Source: Spirochaetia bacterium
GTDB taxonomy: Bacteria; Spirochaetota; Spirochaetia; DSM-27196; Salinispiraceae
Direction: 5' to 3'
Assembly (NCBI GenBank): GCA_038204425.1
Contig: JBBRCZ010000001.1
Coordinates: forward strand, 192,001-256,000
Length of the DNA: 64,000 nt
Made by a program: the position numbers and the translations under genes. The notes under the pieces were generated by a model. The model searched no databases, had not been told where the DNA came from, and saw only the letters and a list, made by a program, of their open reading frames with translations. This document shows, piece after piece, positions 38,017 to 48,076 of this stretch. Within the stretch, counting starts at the first letter, position 1. Each line of letters opens with the position of its first letter.

Positions 38017-38936
38017 CTTCTGGGCAAAAACTGATGAAAATCAGCCACTCGTGTGAGACCTTCTTTATCCATGAAAGCCCTAATTCCTTCCAAGACCTTG
38101 AGCGACATTAGTGGATCAACAAAATTTATGGTTCCAGTCTGAATTGCGTCGGCTCCAGCTAGTAGAAACTGGATCGCGTGATCAGGCTCTGTAATGCCAC
38201 CCATGCCAATTACCGGTATGCTTATGGCTCGACTTACTTTCCAGACCGCTGCTAAAGCTATGGGAAAAATTGCTGGTCCCGAAAGACCTCCCGTAGACAT
38301 GGGAAGTATAGGCCTTTTGGATTTTGTATCAATTAGCATGCCTACGACTGTGTTGATGCAACTGACGGCATCAGCTCCTCCATCTTGAGCGGCCATTGCG
38401 ATCGCTGCAATATCGGTAACGTTTGGACTGAGTTTGACAATCAAGGGCTTTTGCGTCCTGGTTCTCAGGCGTTCCGTGAGTTTCTGAACCATAGATGGAT
38501 CAGTGCCAATTGCCATGCCACCGCACTTGACGTTTGGACACGACACGTTTATCTCATAGCCATCTAGCGCAGCGTGTTCCTCTAGGTAGTCAAGAGTTTT
38601 AACATAATCATCCTCATAGCTCCCGGCTAAATTGACTATAACGGAGCATTTAAGTCCCTTCAAAAAAGGGTATTTTGATAGAGCAAATTCCCGCGACCCA
38701 ACATTGGCAAGTCCAATCGAATTGAGCAGGCCACCTGGTGTTTCTACGATACGAGGTATTTCATTTCCGCTGCGTGGCTCAAGGGTTACGGCCTTTGTAT
38801 AAATGGCGCCAATTTGATCAACCGGTATTAGTTGCTCGTATTCGCTTCCGTAGCCAAACGTACCGGAGGCTACGCCGACAGGGTTGGACAGTGTCAAACT
38901 ACCAATTTTTACACGTAAGTCGAATGTTTTTGCCAT
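38013..38936 (-). CDS. pyrD: dihydroorotate dehydrogenase 1B, catalytic subunit
   Basis: Motifs ASGTFGYG, NSIGLAN, EINVSCPN, VKLSPN, GGLSG. Confidence 0.95.
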   Translation of the reverse strand: MAKTFDLRVKIGSLTLSNPVGVASGTFGYGSEYEQLIPVDQIGAIYTKAVTLEPRSGNEIPRIVETPGGLLNSIGLANVGSREFALSKYPFLKGLKCSVIVNLAGSYEDDYVKTLDYLEEHAALDGYEINVSCPNVKCGGMAIGTDPSMVQKLTERLRTRTQKPLIVKLSPNVTDIAAIAMAAQDGGADAVSCINTVVGMLIDTKSKRPILPMSTGGLSGPAIFPIALAAVWKVSRAISIPVIGMGGITEPDHAIQFLLAGADAIQTGTINFVDPLMSLKVLEGIRAFMDKEGLTRVADFHQFLPRS

Positions 38937-38945
38937 CGATTCTAA

Positions 38946-39734
38946 TTACTCCCAGTTAATTAAGTCGCCGTCAAAGACAGGACCTTCGCAGCAGACTCGC
39001 GCAAAACCTTTTTGATGATGAATTTTGACCACACAGCCCATGCAGGCTCCAACGGCGCAGCCCATGGTTTGTTCCAATGAAACTTGAACCGAGGCTTTGG
39101 ACAAATTGCTTTTGCTCCACAAATATACAACCCTCATCATCACATGAGGACCGCAAAGGTACAACAGGGGGTGGTTAAGCAGACTACGGCTTTTTAGTGA
39201 AATGAGCCCGTCTAAAACGGTACCTTTGCCTCCGATACTTCCATCATCAGTGTAGAGAATTGTAGCCTTTGGAAAAAGCTCCCGAGGTAGACGCTCAGCG
39301 CTTCGCGCTCCAACTATCAAGATTGGTTTAAAACCATGGTTCACAAGTTCTTGATAAAGAAAAAGCATTGGTCCGATTCCTACACCGCCAGCTAGCAAAA
39401 CCGGCAAGGTCCCGTTAGCGGGCATTGTAAAGCCCTTTCCCAATGGACCAAGGATGTCGATGGAGTCATTAGCTTGATAGGAGCTCAACAAGGATGTAGC
39501 ATTACCCCGTTTTTCGTAGATGAGCTCCAAAGTACCATTGCTGCTGTCAAAGTTGGAGTAAGCAAAGGGTCTTCGTAACAGCGGTGCTATGCCTTCTCCA
39601 ATTCTTATGGTCAAGAACTGCCCGACCTGAGGGATTTCAAAGGGTTCTGGTACTCTGGCAACGAGCTTATAGACACCACTTGCGACTACCTCGTTTGCCA
39701 GAACCTTTGCGGTTTTAGTTTGCATAATCGCCAC
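38946..39734 (-). CDS. pyrK: dihydroorotate dehydrogenase electron transfer subunit
   Basis: Motifs LRRPF, GPLGKGF, GGVGIGP, MGCAVGACMGC, CCEGPVF. Confidence 0.93.
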   Translation of the reverse strand: MAIMQTKTAKVLANEVVASGVYKLVARVPEPFEIPQVGQFLTIRIGEGIAPLLRRPFAYSNFDSSNGTLELIYEKRGNATSLLSSYQANDSIDILGPLGKGFTMPANGTLPVLLAGGVGIGPMLFLYQELVNHGFKPILIVGARSAERLPRELFPKATILYTDDGSIGGKGTVLDGLISLKSRSLLNHPLLYLCGPHVMMRVVYLWSKSNLSKASVQVSLEQTMGCAVGACMGCVVKIHHQKGFARVCCEGPVFDGDLINWE

Positions 39735-39737
39735 ATA

Positions 39738-40352
39738 CTATGAAATCCAGTCAGTCGTGGAAAGAGGCACAGGCTTGGATGGTGAAAGTTTGGTATTAAA
39801 AAATTGCCGCCAATTAAACTGTGAATAGCCAACTGCGTCAATTGTTTCAAATTCCATGATGCCAATGTCAAACTTGTTGACTTTAAATGGACTTTCCGTC
39901 TGCAAAAGTATTCTCGATATTGCGGGATCCTGAGATTCTCTGGGCCTATGGCTGGGTAACGAAATGCCAAAAATAAAGCCGTTTGGTAAAGGGCCATCAA
40001 TTGGTCTGAAGAAGCTATCCAGTTCTGGAATTTTATTTTGCAATCGCAAACTGCTAAGCACAATGTCTGACTTGCCGGTACAAGTCACAAATTGAATCTC
40101 GCTTTGCTCAAAAGAAAATTCTGTGACACTATCTGCTACAAACGGCACTGTTTTTAGCACAGTTCTTAGCAGTTGAACATGGGCAAACGTACAGGTTTCG
40201 GCTGCCTGCGCCAAAGGAAAAAAAGGTGGCATCACTGAAAACGCTTTTGCTAGTTCGCGTTCTGTGATCCATTGCGACAGTGACCTATAGAATGCGCCTT
40301 CACCTCGTGTTGGAAAGAGCGCCCAAAAACGTTTTTTTGATATATTACCCAT
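39738..40352 (-). CDS. hypothetical protein
   Basis: 204-aa ORF ending 3 nt before pyrK, same strand. Confidence 0.6.
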   Translation of the reverse strand: MGNISKKRFWALFPTRGEGAFYRSLSQWITERELAKAFSVMPPFFPLAQAAETCTFAHVQLLRTVLKTVPFVADSVTEFSFEQSEIQFVTCTGKSDIVLSSLRLQNKIPELDSFFRPIDGPLPNGFIFGISLPSHRPRESQDPAISRILLQTESPFKVNKFDIGIMEFETIDAVGYSQFNWRQFFNTKLSPSKPVPLSTTDWIS

Positions 40353-40453
40353 TATGAGTAAGTCTTTACCACAAAGTCCGGTTCATAGGAAGAATTAGGT
40401 ACAATGATTCCAAGCCAATTGCCCAGTCAATTGAAAAAAGGTAGCATATGTTT

Positions 40454-42124
40454 ATGAAAACTATAGTCTTTCTGCTTTACTGTTTACTAATTTTTTCATG
40501 TAGTAATCAAACTTATTCGCTGCCGATACAGATAGCGCATCGCATGGAAGCTTTGTATGTCACGACTCCTGATGGACTCCAGAATGATGATCCGCTTTTT
40601 GATAGGTGGATCAGATTGCCAAAAACTGGCGAGAGTGGCAATCTTATATTGACAGTCGGTAACGTTAGCAAAAGTATAGAACTGCGCATGCAGGTGTTTT
40701 TGGAGAACCAAATAGTGAGCGAGCAAACGTTTTCCCTAGTGGACGCTCGCCGGGTGTCAAATTCAAGAGAACTTGTTTTGGCGTTAAAGATACAAGACGT
40801 AGGCGATCAGCAATTTGTGCGTTGGACCAAAGTAATAGCAACAGATGCAATTGAAAACGTCTTAACAGGCATAGCTTGGCAAAGCACTTTACCAACAAGA
40901 ACCGTAGTTGAGTTCAAGCAAAGTGCGCAATTAAGCGAAGTTTCACTCAATGAACCAGGAAGTCTTCGCTTAACAGACACTCAAATCAGCTGGCAATTTG
41001 AAGGCGGAATGACTTCCTTTGACGTCAAATCCCAAACTGGACTCGATCTTTTTGTCGACACTGGCTCGCGCCAAAAGCGAGAATCAATTGAACTAAGTAC
41101 ACAGGGCATAGCAAAAGCCAGCATTGTCAACCTTGAGGTGTTTTCTCGCCAAAGTATTTTGGTTCCCAAACAACTTTTGGCTTCAGACTTTTCAAAAGTG
41201 ACTTTGGACTTTGCAGATAGCTTACGTGACTTTAAGCTGGGTATTGTTAGCCAGCAGGTCAATGACCTGTCTATCAACCAACCGATTCTCAGCGATCTCG
41301 GTGCAGCCTTGCTATTTTCACAGAACAGGTGGAGAAGCACCAATTTGGAAAGCTTCAGGTGGAATCGATTTCCCAACGTTGTTCTGCTCGATTTTGCCTC
41401 AGCAAGCATTCAAGACCTCTACGTCAAAAGGATGGTTTTCTTTGTAGAAAAAAAACGCTTTAGAGGAAGTATACTAAGCAACAATGATTTGGCCGGAAGG
41501 CATGGTTGGAACGCAAATAACTTTAGACCACAAGATTTGGCCGCTTTCTTTAACACGGTTAGCGAGACTGGATTTGAGCTGAATCAGGAAGAACTCTGGC
41601 TAAAAGAGTCTCTAGTGTCTTGGGGAATCCTCAAGCGCGAGCCGACAAACGCAGCATGGGTGGCACCGGGCATAGGTGGACTGATAAGTATTGCAAGAGG
41701 AATGGCGCCGTCTACGCGTGAAAAACTGCTAAACCATGAGGCCCTGCATGGAGTATTTTACGAATTAGAACAGTTGCAAACCATAAGCAGACGACTCTTA
41801 CGTACCCTCAGCCGAGAAGCACGAGAGTTCTTTTTTGCCTTTTTTGATTTTATGAGTTATGACGTGTCGGATGACTACTTAATGGTAAACGAATTTCAGG
41901 CTTACTTGCTCCAACAACCATTAAACGAGCTAAGGGCCTACCTTAGCATTATGGCAAACAGGCTTGACTCTATCGGCTACCGAGGCAAACAAGACTACTC
42001 AGTGAGCGCAAATTTGGTCGCGCAGGAGCTCGAAATATGCGCTAAAGAACTTGCAAATTTTTTGGTGACTATGGATATTGACCACCAAAGTCTAAGTTCG
42101 ATAAAACGATTTCGGACTCAGTAA
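40454..42124 (+). CDS. lipoprotein with putative zincin motif
   Basis: Lipobox LIFSC; HEALH plus NEFQAY. Start 40454 placed from promoter TTGCCC-17-TAGCAT. Confidence 0.7.
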   Translation: MKTIVFLLYCLLIFSCSNQTYSLPIQIAHRMEALYVTTPDGLQNDDPLFDRWIRLPKTGESGNLILTVGNVSKSIELRMQVFLENQIVSEQTFSLVDARRVSNSRELVLALKIQDVGDQQFVRWTKVIATDAIENVLTGIAWQSTLPTRTVVEFKQSAQLSEVSLNEPGSLRLTDTQISWQFEGGMTSFDVKSQTGLDLFVDTGSRQKRESIELSTQGIAKASIVNLEVFSRQSILVPKQLLASDFSKVTLDFADSLRDFKLGIVSQQVNDLSINQPILSDLGAALLFSQNRWRSTNLESFRWNRFPNVVLLDFASASIQDLYVKRMVFFVEKKRFRGSILSNNDLAGRHGWNANNFRPQDLAAFFNTVSETGFELNQEELWLKESLVSWGILKREPTNAAWVAPGIGGLISIARGMAPSTREKLLNHEALHGVFYELEQLQTISRRLLRTLSREAREFFFAFFDFMSYDVSDDYLMVNEFQAYLLQQPLNELRAYLSIMANRLDSIGYRGKQDYSVSANLVAQELEICAKELANFLVTMDIDHQSLSSIKRFRTQ

Positions 42125-42126
42125 AC

Positions 42127-42540
42127 TCAGATATCGTAATGAAGTTGTTGTTTGCTCATCTGCTGTTCCAAAAAGAGCTGCTCAATCGTGCGATCAAGTA
42201 AGAGAGCAATGCTCTCTTGAAGTTGATTCCAAAAAAAACCTATAAAGTTGTCTCTTTTTTGTTCGGATACAATCTCAAGTTTTCCTTCGAGCATCGTTAA
42301 TGCTTCCATAACACCGATCAAAGAAGGGTGTTTGGCTAGTGCATAGCCACCAGATGCGCCTCGAAAGCTCTCGACTACGCCCGACTTCTTGAGGGCAACC
42401 AATATTTGTTCAAGATAATGCTGAGGTATCCGGTGTGCGTCGGCAATGTCCTTAATCTGTCGGGGTCCGGTTCCATAGCAGCCAGCAAGCTCGACAAGAG
42501 CGGTCAATCCGTAAACACCTTTTGCACTAATTGTAAACAT
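42127..42540 (-). CDS. Rrf2-family transcriptional regulator (CymR-like)
   Basis: Motifs KGVYGL, YLEQIL, SFRGASGGYALAK. Confidence 0.9.
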   Translation of the reverse strand: MFTISAKGVYGLTALVELAGCYGTGPRQIKDIADAHRIPQHYLEQILVALKKSGVVESFRGASGGYALAKHPSLIGVMEALTMLEGKLEIVSEQKRDNFIGFFWNQLQESIALLLDRTIEQLFLEQQMSKQQLHYDI

Positions 42541-42582
42541 GTGTATCTCCGCGTTCGAAAATAGGAGACTTATAGCCTAATG

Positions 42583-44022
42583 TCAAGTGGTTTTATCAAG
42601 ATTCAATTGCCGTGGCGTGTAAATCCTATTCCAAGTCAATGGGTGCTTGCTAACGTTTAACAATGAATGTGCCATTGCCTCAGCAATAATTTTGCTAAGG
42701 TCTCTTTGATCAAAAATCCTAAAGGCTTTACTTTGACTGAGAATCTGAGCCAGGTCCCAGTGTTTATGCAATCTGTTTTCAGCTGCAACAACAGAAACCA
42801 ATTTACTATAAAGCGGATCGATATTTGTTTTGGATGGATGGCAACAAAGATCACAAGAATTACAGGGTTCTTCACTAGTATAGCCAAAGTGTTCCAGCAG
42901 TGAGCGCCGTCTACAAGCGCCGGTATCTAAAAAAGGTAAAAACTCATGATTGATCTTTTCGCGGACTGGATCGTAAATCAACACAGCCTTTGCTGGCTTT
43001 CCATCTCGACCAGCCCGGCCAGTTTCTTGAACATATGAAACCATGCTATCGGGAACGCCCCAATGCAAGACCGACCTTATACCAGGGTGATCTACTCCCA
43101 TTCCATACGCATTGGTCGATACCAAGATCCCCGTTTTTGAGTACTTAAACCAATGAGCAACGTGCTCTTTTTCGGCATGAGACAACCCCGCATGATAAAA
43201 TCGAACGTTTGCTTTTTGCTCGGCAAAATGAACTCCTTGGGCAAAGAACTCACAGCCTTTTCTGTTGCGCAGGAAAACCAAGGTCGGACGAGGTAGGATA
43301 TCCTGTCTGGATAAGAGAAACCGTATCAGGTAGTCGTTTCGGTCATTTTTCCAGACTTGGAAAAACAAATTCTTCTTGTTTGGGCTAAGTGAGTACTCGT
43401 ATATTTCGCTTTCACCTAAAAGTGAACGCAAACTGGCTATGATTGCCTTATCTGCAGTCGCCGTAAAGGCGCTAATTTGACCAATTGTGAGATCATTCCA
43501 TAGGTGAGCGAGTTGTGAGTAGCTTTCTCTAAAACCGTTGCCCCATTGATGTACAACATGGGCCTCGTCGATAACCAAGTGCGAGAAGACCAAGTTTTTG
43601 AGTTGTTTGATAATTGCTTGGTTTGCTAGCATTTCTGGAGTACTTAAGAGAACCTTGGACTGCCCTGACTTGAGACATTGTATTATTTCGTTGTTGTCTT
43701 GTTTAGATCGACCGCCAACCAAAACAAGTGGATTGAGTCCCGCTTTTTTGAATCTTTCTTCTTGGTCAAACAGCAAAGCCCGCAGTGGAAAAATAATCAA
43801 AGTTATGCCTTCTAAGAGCGGGGCCGGGACACCGAAACAAAGTGTTTTTCCATAGCCGGTTGGCAATACGATGATTCTCTTTTTGTAAAAAACTGCGCCA
43901 TCATTGGCTTGATTTTCTGCTCCAATAATCTGAGTAATGATTTCCTTTTGGATAGGATGTGGAGAGTTTACACCCCATGCTTCGTACTGTCTAATTAGTT
44001 TAGTTTCAAGTTCCTGATCCAC
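42583..44022 (-). CDS. RecQ-family DNA helicase (no HRDC)
   Basis: Motifs PTGYGKT, DEAH, FYHAG, GMGVD, QETGRAGRDG, CRR...CNSCDLC. Confidence 0.9.
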   Translation of the reverse strand: MDQELETKLIRQYEAWGVNSPHPIQKEIITQIIGAENQANDGAVFYKKRIIVLPTGYGKTLCFGVPAPLLEGITLIIFPLRALLFDQEERFKKAGLNPLVLVGGRSKQDNNEIIQCLKSGQSKVLLSTPEMLANQAIIKQLKNLVFSHLVIDEAHVVHQWGNGFRESYSQLAHLWNDLTIGQISAFTATADKAIIASLRSLLGESEIYEYSLSPNKKNLFFQVWKNDRNDYLIRFLLSRQDILPRPTLVFLRNRKGCEFFAQGVHFAEQKANVRFYHAGLSHAEKEHVAHWFKYSKTGILVSTNAYGMGVDHPGIRSVLHWGVPDSMVSYVQETGRAGRDGKPAKAVLIYDPVREKINHEFLPFLDTGACRRRSLLEHFGYTSEEPCNSCDLCCHPSKTNIDPLYSKLVSVVAAENRLHKHWDLAQILSQSKAFRIFDQRDLSKIIAEAMAHSLLNVSKHPLTWNRIYTPRQLNLDKTT

Positions 44023-44086
44023 GCTTATTAGACAGGCAAAACTATGCGTTTGATTTTAAACCAAAGCTATGGGTTTTATTTAAAAC

Positions 44087-44773
44087 CTATGGTTTTGGCT
44101 TAAAATAGAGGGATGGAATTGAGCTGATTCCGTCTATTGAGCAATTGATTGATAAACCCATTAGTGCAAGAATTTTTAAGGACAACCAAATCCAGATTTG
44201 ACTTGGAGTATCCGGGACGTCGATGCATGATCTGAGACTTTCAAAACTAAGCAATTCATGCTCACTCAACTTGACTTCAGAAAAACGCAGGCAGACCTGT
44301 CCCAAATCAGATTCAGTGACTGTCGCAACAATACTCAAGGGACTAGATGGCGAGCCTTTTGCAAAATACTCAATTAGCATAGTCACGCTGAGTGACAATA
44401 ATTCGGTGTCTAGCTCAAAGTAGGGGGCGATTTTTTGGCGATCTACGCTTGGGACTATGGGATCTACCTGATGAATGCCAAGCATACTGTTTAGAAATCT
44501 AACGAGCTCTAGGTCTGAAAATCTTTTATGATGAATTGCTAGTGCGTTGCATTGAAAGCGAGAAAGTAATGCGATTCTGTCCAATAGTCCAAGTTGCAAT
44601 TTTGAAGAATTTAACAATTCTCGCATAAAATCCAGACGTTCTAAATCGGACATCTGGTAGTAATCGTCGATCAGCAGATTCATAACGCCAATCATAGACG
44701 CAAAAGGACTTCTCAAATCGTGTGAAACGAGTTTCATCACTAGATCTAACACCGCGTTTTGCTTACTTTCCAC
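44087..44773 (-). CDS. HisKA (DHp) protein with degenerate ATPase domain
   Basis: H-box VSHDLRSP; N, G1 and G2 boxes not recognisable; GTG start with SD GAGGT. Confidence 0.7.
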   Translation of the reverse strand: MESKQNAVLDLVMKLVSHDLRSPFASMIGVMNLLIDDYYQMSDLERLDFMRELLNSSKLQLGLLDRIALLSRFQCNALAIHHKRFSDLELVRFLNSMLGIHQVDPIVPSVDRQKIAPYFELDTELLSLSVTMLIEYFAKGSPSSPLSIVATVTESDLGQVCLRFSEVKLSEHELLSFESLRSCIDVPDTPSQIWIWLSLKILALMGLSINCSIDGISSIPSLYFKPKP

Positions 44774-44887
44774 ACCGTACCTCTATCTATTCAATCACAA
44801 ATATGATGACTTCGAGCATTGACACAAAAACTTAGCTAATAAGATAGTATCTCATTGGATTAAAGAAATCCCGCAAGGAGAATTGAA

Positions 44888-46378
44888 TTGCCCCAAGATC
44901 ATGACAACTTTACTAAAGTGGCCCCCTTACAATGCCCTGCATTGTGGCGCGCATTTGCAAACATCGCCACTATTCCGCATTGCAGTAAGCATGAAAAAGC
45001 AATTATTGAGTTTATTGCACAATTTGCCAGCAAACATGGTCATGAGCAAAGACAGGACGCTAGCGGTAATCTTTTGGTGAGTATCAAGGCCCTAGCCGGA
45101 TTCGAAGCAGTTCCTGGTTTGACGATTCAATCCCATGTGGACATGGTTTGTGAAAAAAACCAAGGTACGTGCCACGATTTCTTAACAGATCCGATCAAAC
45201 TAGAACTTGATGGCGATTGGCTCTCGGCCAATGAAACCACACTCGGGGCCGACAACGGAATTGGCGTTGCCATGATGATTGCTTTGATGAGCGAAGGCGT
45301 CACCAAACAAGCAATTGACTTGTTATTTACAATTGATGAAGAAACCGGCTTAACGGGCGCCTTGCATCTTGATGAACAGATGCTGAGGTTTGAGGACTTG
45401 ATAAACCTCGATGGTGAAGAAGAAGGGTTCTTTTATATTGGCTGTGCTGGTGGCAGCGATACCAAGGCTAGCTTGGCACTAAGTCGATTGCCAGTAACGT
45501 ACGATCGCCAATGCTATCAAATAGAAGTCAAGGGTTTGCAGGGTGGCCATTCTGGGGCAGACATTCATCTTAAGCGTGCTAATGCAATCAAGCTGGTGGC
45601 GGTTGTACTCGAACATCTTTTGCAAGAACAGCTAAGTTTTGACCTTTACAGCGTTGACGGCGGCGACAAACATAATGCGATCCCGCGTGAGGCCCGCGCT
45701 GAGATTGGGATTGCAGCTATCGATTGTGTGGCACTGAGCGCTCATTTTGAAGTCATCAAGACCCAACTCTACGCGCAATGGCAAACAGTTGAACAGGACA
45801 TTGAAATTAGCTTTTCAAAGCAGTCGCCAAGATTTGAAGTACCGATATCACCGTCGAATAAAAGTGATTTGCTCGCAGTAATCAAACAAGTGCCGCATGG
45901 AGTTGTCGCTATGAGTACGGATATAGCCGACTTGGTTTCAATTAGTAACAATCTCGCCTCGGTCAAAACCGAGCATAAAAGTGTCGTCATCAACGCCAGT
46001 CACCGTGCTGACAATAACCAAATTTTGGCGACTTTTCAGAAAAGTGTCGCGGACATTTTTGAAGCCAAGAAGTTGTACATTAGCAGTAACAATGGCTACC
46101 CAGCTTGGACACCACAGCCAAACAACAGCTTGGTCAATCAATGCAAACAAGCCTATCTTGAATTTTCTAAACAACCGGCCCAGATCGCAGCCATTCACGC
46201 TGGACTCGAATGCGGCGTTATTGGCTCCAAAAAGCCGGATTTGAGAATGATCTCGTTTGGACCTACAATTCGTGGCGCGCATACTCCAGAAGAGAAAGTG
46301 TCAATTTCTTCCACGGTTCGTATCTGGAATTTTCTGATCTATTTGATTGATAGTCTAACAACGGTCAAAAAGTCTTAA
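44888..46378 (+). CDS. pepD: aminoacyl-histidine dipeptidase (M20C)
   Basis: Motifs QSHVDMV, LGADNGIG, DEETG, GGHSG, IHAGLECG, GAHTPEE. Confidence 0.93.
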   Translation: MPQDHDNFTKVAPLQCPALWRAFANIATIPHCSKHEKAIIEFIAQFASKHGHEQRQDASGNLLVSIKALAGFEAVPGLTIQSHVDMVCEKNQGTCHDFLTDPIKLELDGDWLSANETTLGADNGIGVAMMIALMSEGVTKQAIDLLFTIDEETGLTGALHLDEQMLRFEDLINLDGEEEGFFYIGCAGGSDTKASLALSRLPVTYDRQCYQIEVKGLQGGHSGADIHLKRANAIKLVAVVLEHLLQEQLSFDLYSVDGGDKHNAIPREARAEIGIAAIDCVALSAHFEVIKTQLYAQWQTVEQDIEISFSKQSPRFEVPISPSNKSDLLAVIKQVPHGVVAMSTDIADLVSISNNLASVKTEHKSVVINASHRADNNQILATFQKSVADIFEAKKLYISSNNGYPAWTPQPNNSLVNQCKQAYLEFSKQPAQIAAIHAGLECGVIGSKKPDLRMISFGPTIRGAHTPEEKVSISSTVRIWNFLIYLIDSLTTVKKS

Positions 46379-46380
46379 GA

Positions 46381-46414
46381 TTGCTTGCGGCCAGACTGGC
46401 TGATAGGATAGAGT
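46381..46414 (+). promoter_or_regulatory. putative promoter of ATPase-cyclase operon
   Basis: TTGCTT-17-TGn-TAGGAT, or TTGCGG-18-TAGAGT ending 7 nt before ATG; no SD. Confidence 0.45.
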
Positions 46415-46421
46415 TTAGAAA

Positions 46422-48074
46422 ATGAACGACCTTACTAATGTGTTGGCCAAAAAAATTGTCGCAGTCGGTTCAGGTAAAGGTGGAGTAGGTAAGTCTACCA
46501 TTAGTACTAATTTGGCTTTCTATGCTGCGCGGTCTGGGCTAAGGGTAGCGCTATTGGATGCTGATCCGCTAAGCAATATCCACGTGATACTTGATCTTGA
46601 TATTGCGCCACTGGAGCTAAGCCGCAGCAAAGTCGGTCTTGACTGGAAAAATATTTGCCTTCCCGTTGCTAAGGGAATTGACCTGCTTTTTCCAGGCAGC
46701 AAACTTGGCAAAAATGACTCTCAAAAGATGGTGGATCTTTCCTTCTTTACTTACGGTCACAAGCTTGACGAGCTTTACGACCTGATTATAATTGACCTCC
46801 CAGCCGGTATCGGCCAAAGTGAAAACCTTAACTTTTTGCCGCATCTTGAGAACTTAGTCATTGTTTGTAATTCGGAACCAACTAGCCACGTTTCTGCGGG
46901 CGGCTACATTAAGGCTGCTTCAGAAATCAATCCTCAGTTAAAGTACTTCATTTGGCACAACAAATACGAAAAATCCATCCAAGAAAACTTCAATCCCAAT
47001 GATTTGTGGGCAAACTACAATCACTACGTACCTGACGATCTTAAGCTTGACAACAGCGTCCGTTTGGCCATGCAAGATATTGCACACGTTCCTCATGATC
47101 CAACTCTAGACCTCCTACAGTCCAATTCTGAGCTCCACCACAGTCTTCTGGGCAAGTTTATTGAACTTGTTGACTTGCTTGACGATCAGATTTGTACGGA
47201 AATCAGCACTGAAAGTGGCTTACCCAAATCCGCGAGAGCGTTGGTACGCTACTTTGTACTCCACAACCCAAAGGCGGGTCTTGGTGAGTGGCGCAACTAT
47301 GCTCAAGTTGTTGGCGGTGAGTCTTTTGCCAAGGCAATCTACAACAATCCTTTTATTGAAAAATATCTGCTTGTCCAAGCCGCACATCCATTAAGAAAAA
47401 AAATTGCCCAATGTCGCCTTGACATCGCTGCGCTTTTGGAGAGCCTTACCGGGTCAGCCAAACCATTTCAAACTTTCAATCAGGAACATAAAAAGCAAAT
47501 AATTCGCCTCAATAGTGGTACGGTTGAATCATTAAGAGACTTGCTTGGAATCTTGGCCAATCGCATCAACAAGTATGACAAGGCCTCCGGCATTTGGCCC
47601 AAAGAAAACTATGCCATGGTTCTAAAGTTGTCGGGCCTATTGCTCTACTACTTCTCTTTTTGGAAGTTGACTCAATACGCTTCTATTCAGAAACTAATTA
47701 CTGGTTTTGTACCAACGAGAACTGATAAGGATGGCCAAAAGATCAGGGATCGAAGAAGTCAAATCAGAATGCTTACCTACGAAGTCGAGTCCTATCGCAA
47801 AAAGTATTTTTTGTTGCTTAAAAATCTATTTCCAATTCTTCAGAAACAAGTCCTAAGCATCGCAAAAAATGGCAGTTTCCGAATTTTGATTTTTTTGGAC
47901 CAAAATGGCAAGCCCAATCACAATACCTACCTTAAGCTTCTTAATAGACTACTTCATGACATGGTAAACTCGGGCTTGGGTTTGTTTGTCGGGTTGCAGT
48001 TTAACACTTCGGCAGACGCCCTCAAGGCTGGAGCCGCCAAACTCTTGCAAAACACAACAAGGATCAAAGTATAG
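46422..48074 (+). CDS. MinD/FlhG-type P-loop ATPase with long C-terminal extension
   Basis: Deviant Walker A GKGGVGKS, LLDAD, YDLIIIDLPAG, EPTS; 550 aa. Confidence 0.85.
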   Translation: MNDLTNVLAKKIVAVGSGKGGVGKSTISTNLAFYAARSGLRVALLDADPLSNIHVILDLDIAPLELSRSKVGLDWKNICLPVAKGIDLLFPGSKLGKNDSQKMVDLSFFTYGHKLDELYDLIIIDLPAGIGQSENLNFLPHLENLVIVCNSEPTSHVSAGGYIKAASEINPQLKYFIWHNKYEKSIQENFNPNDLWANYNHYVPDDLKLDNSVRLAMQDIAHVPHDPTLDLLQSNSELHHSLLGKFIELVDLLDDQICTEISTESGLPKSARALVRYFVLHNPKAGLGEWRNYAQVVGGESFAKAIYNNPFIEKYLLVQAAHPLRKKIAQCRLDIAALLESLTGSAKPFQTFNQEHKKQIIRLNSGTVESLRDLLGILANRINKYDKASGIWPKENYAMVLKLSGLLLYYFSFWKLTQYASIQKLITGFVPTRTDKDGQKIRDRRSQIRMLTYEVESYRKKYFLLLKNLFPILQKQVLSIAKNGSFRILIFLDQNGKPNHNTYLKLLNRLLHDMVNSGLGLFVGLQFNTSADALKAGAAKLLQNTTRIKV

Positions 48075-48076
48075 TA

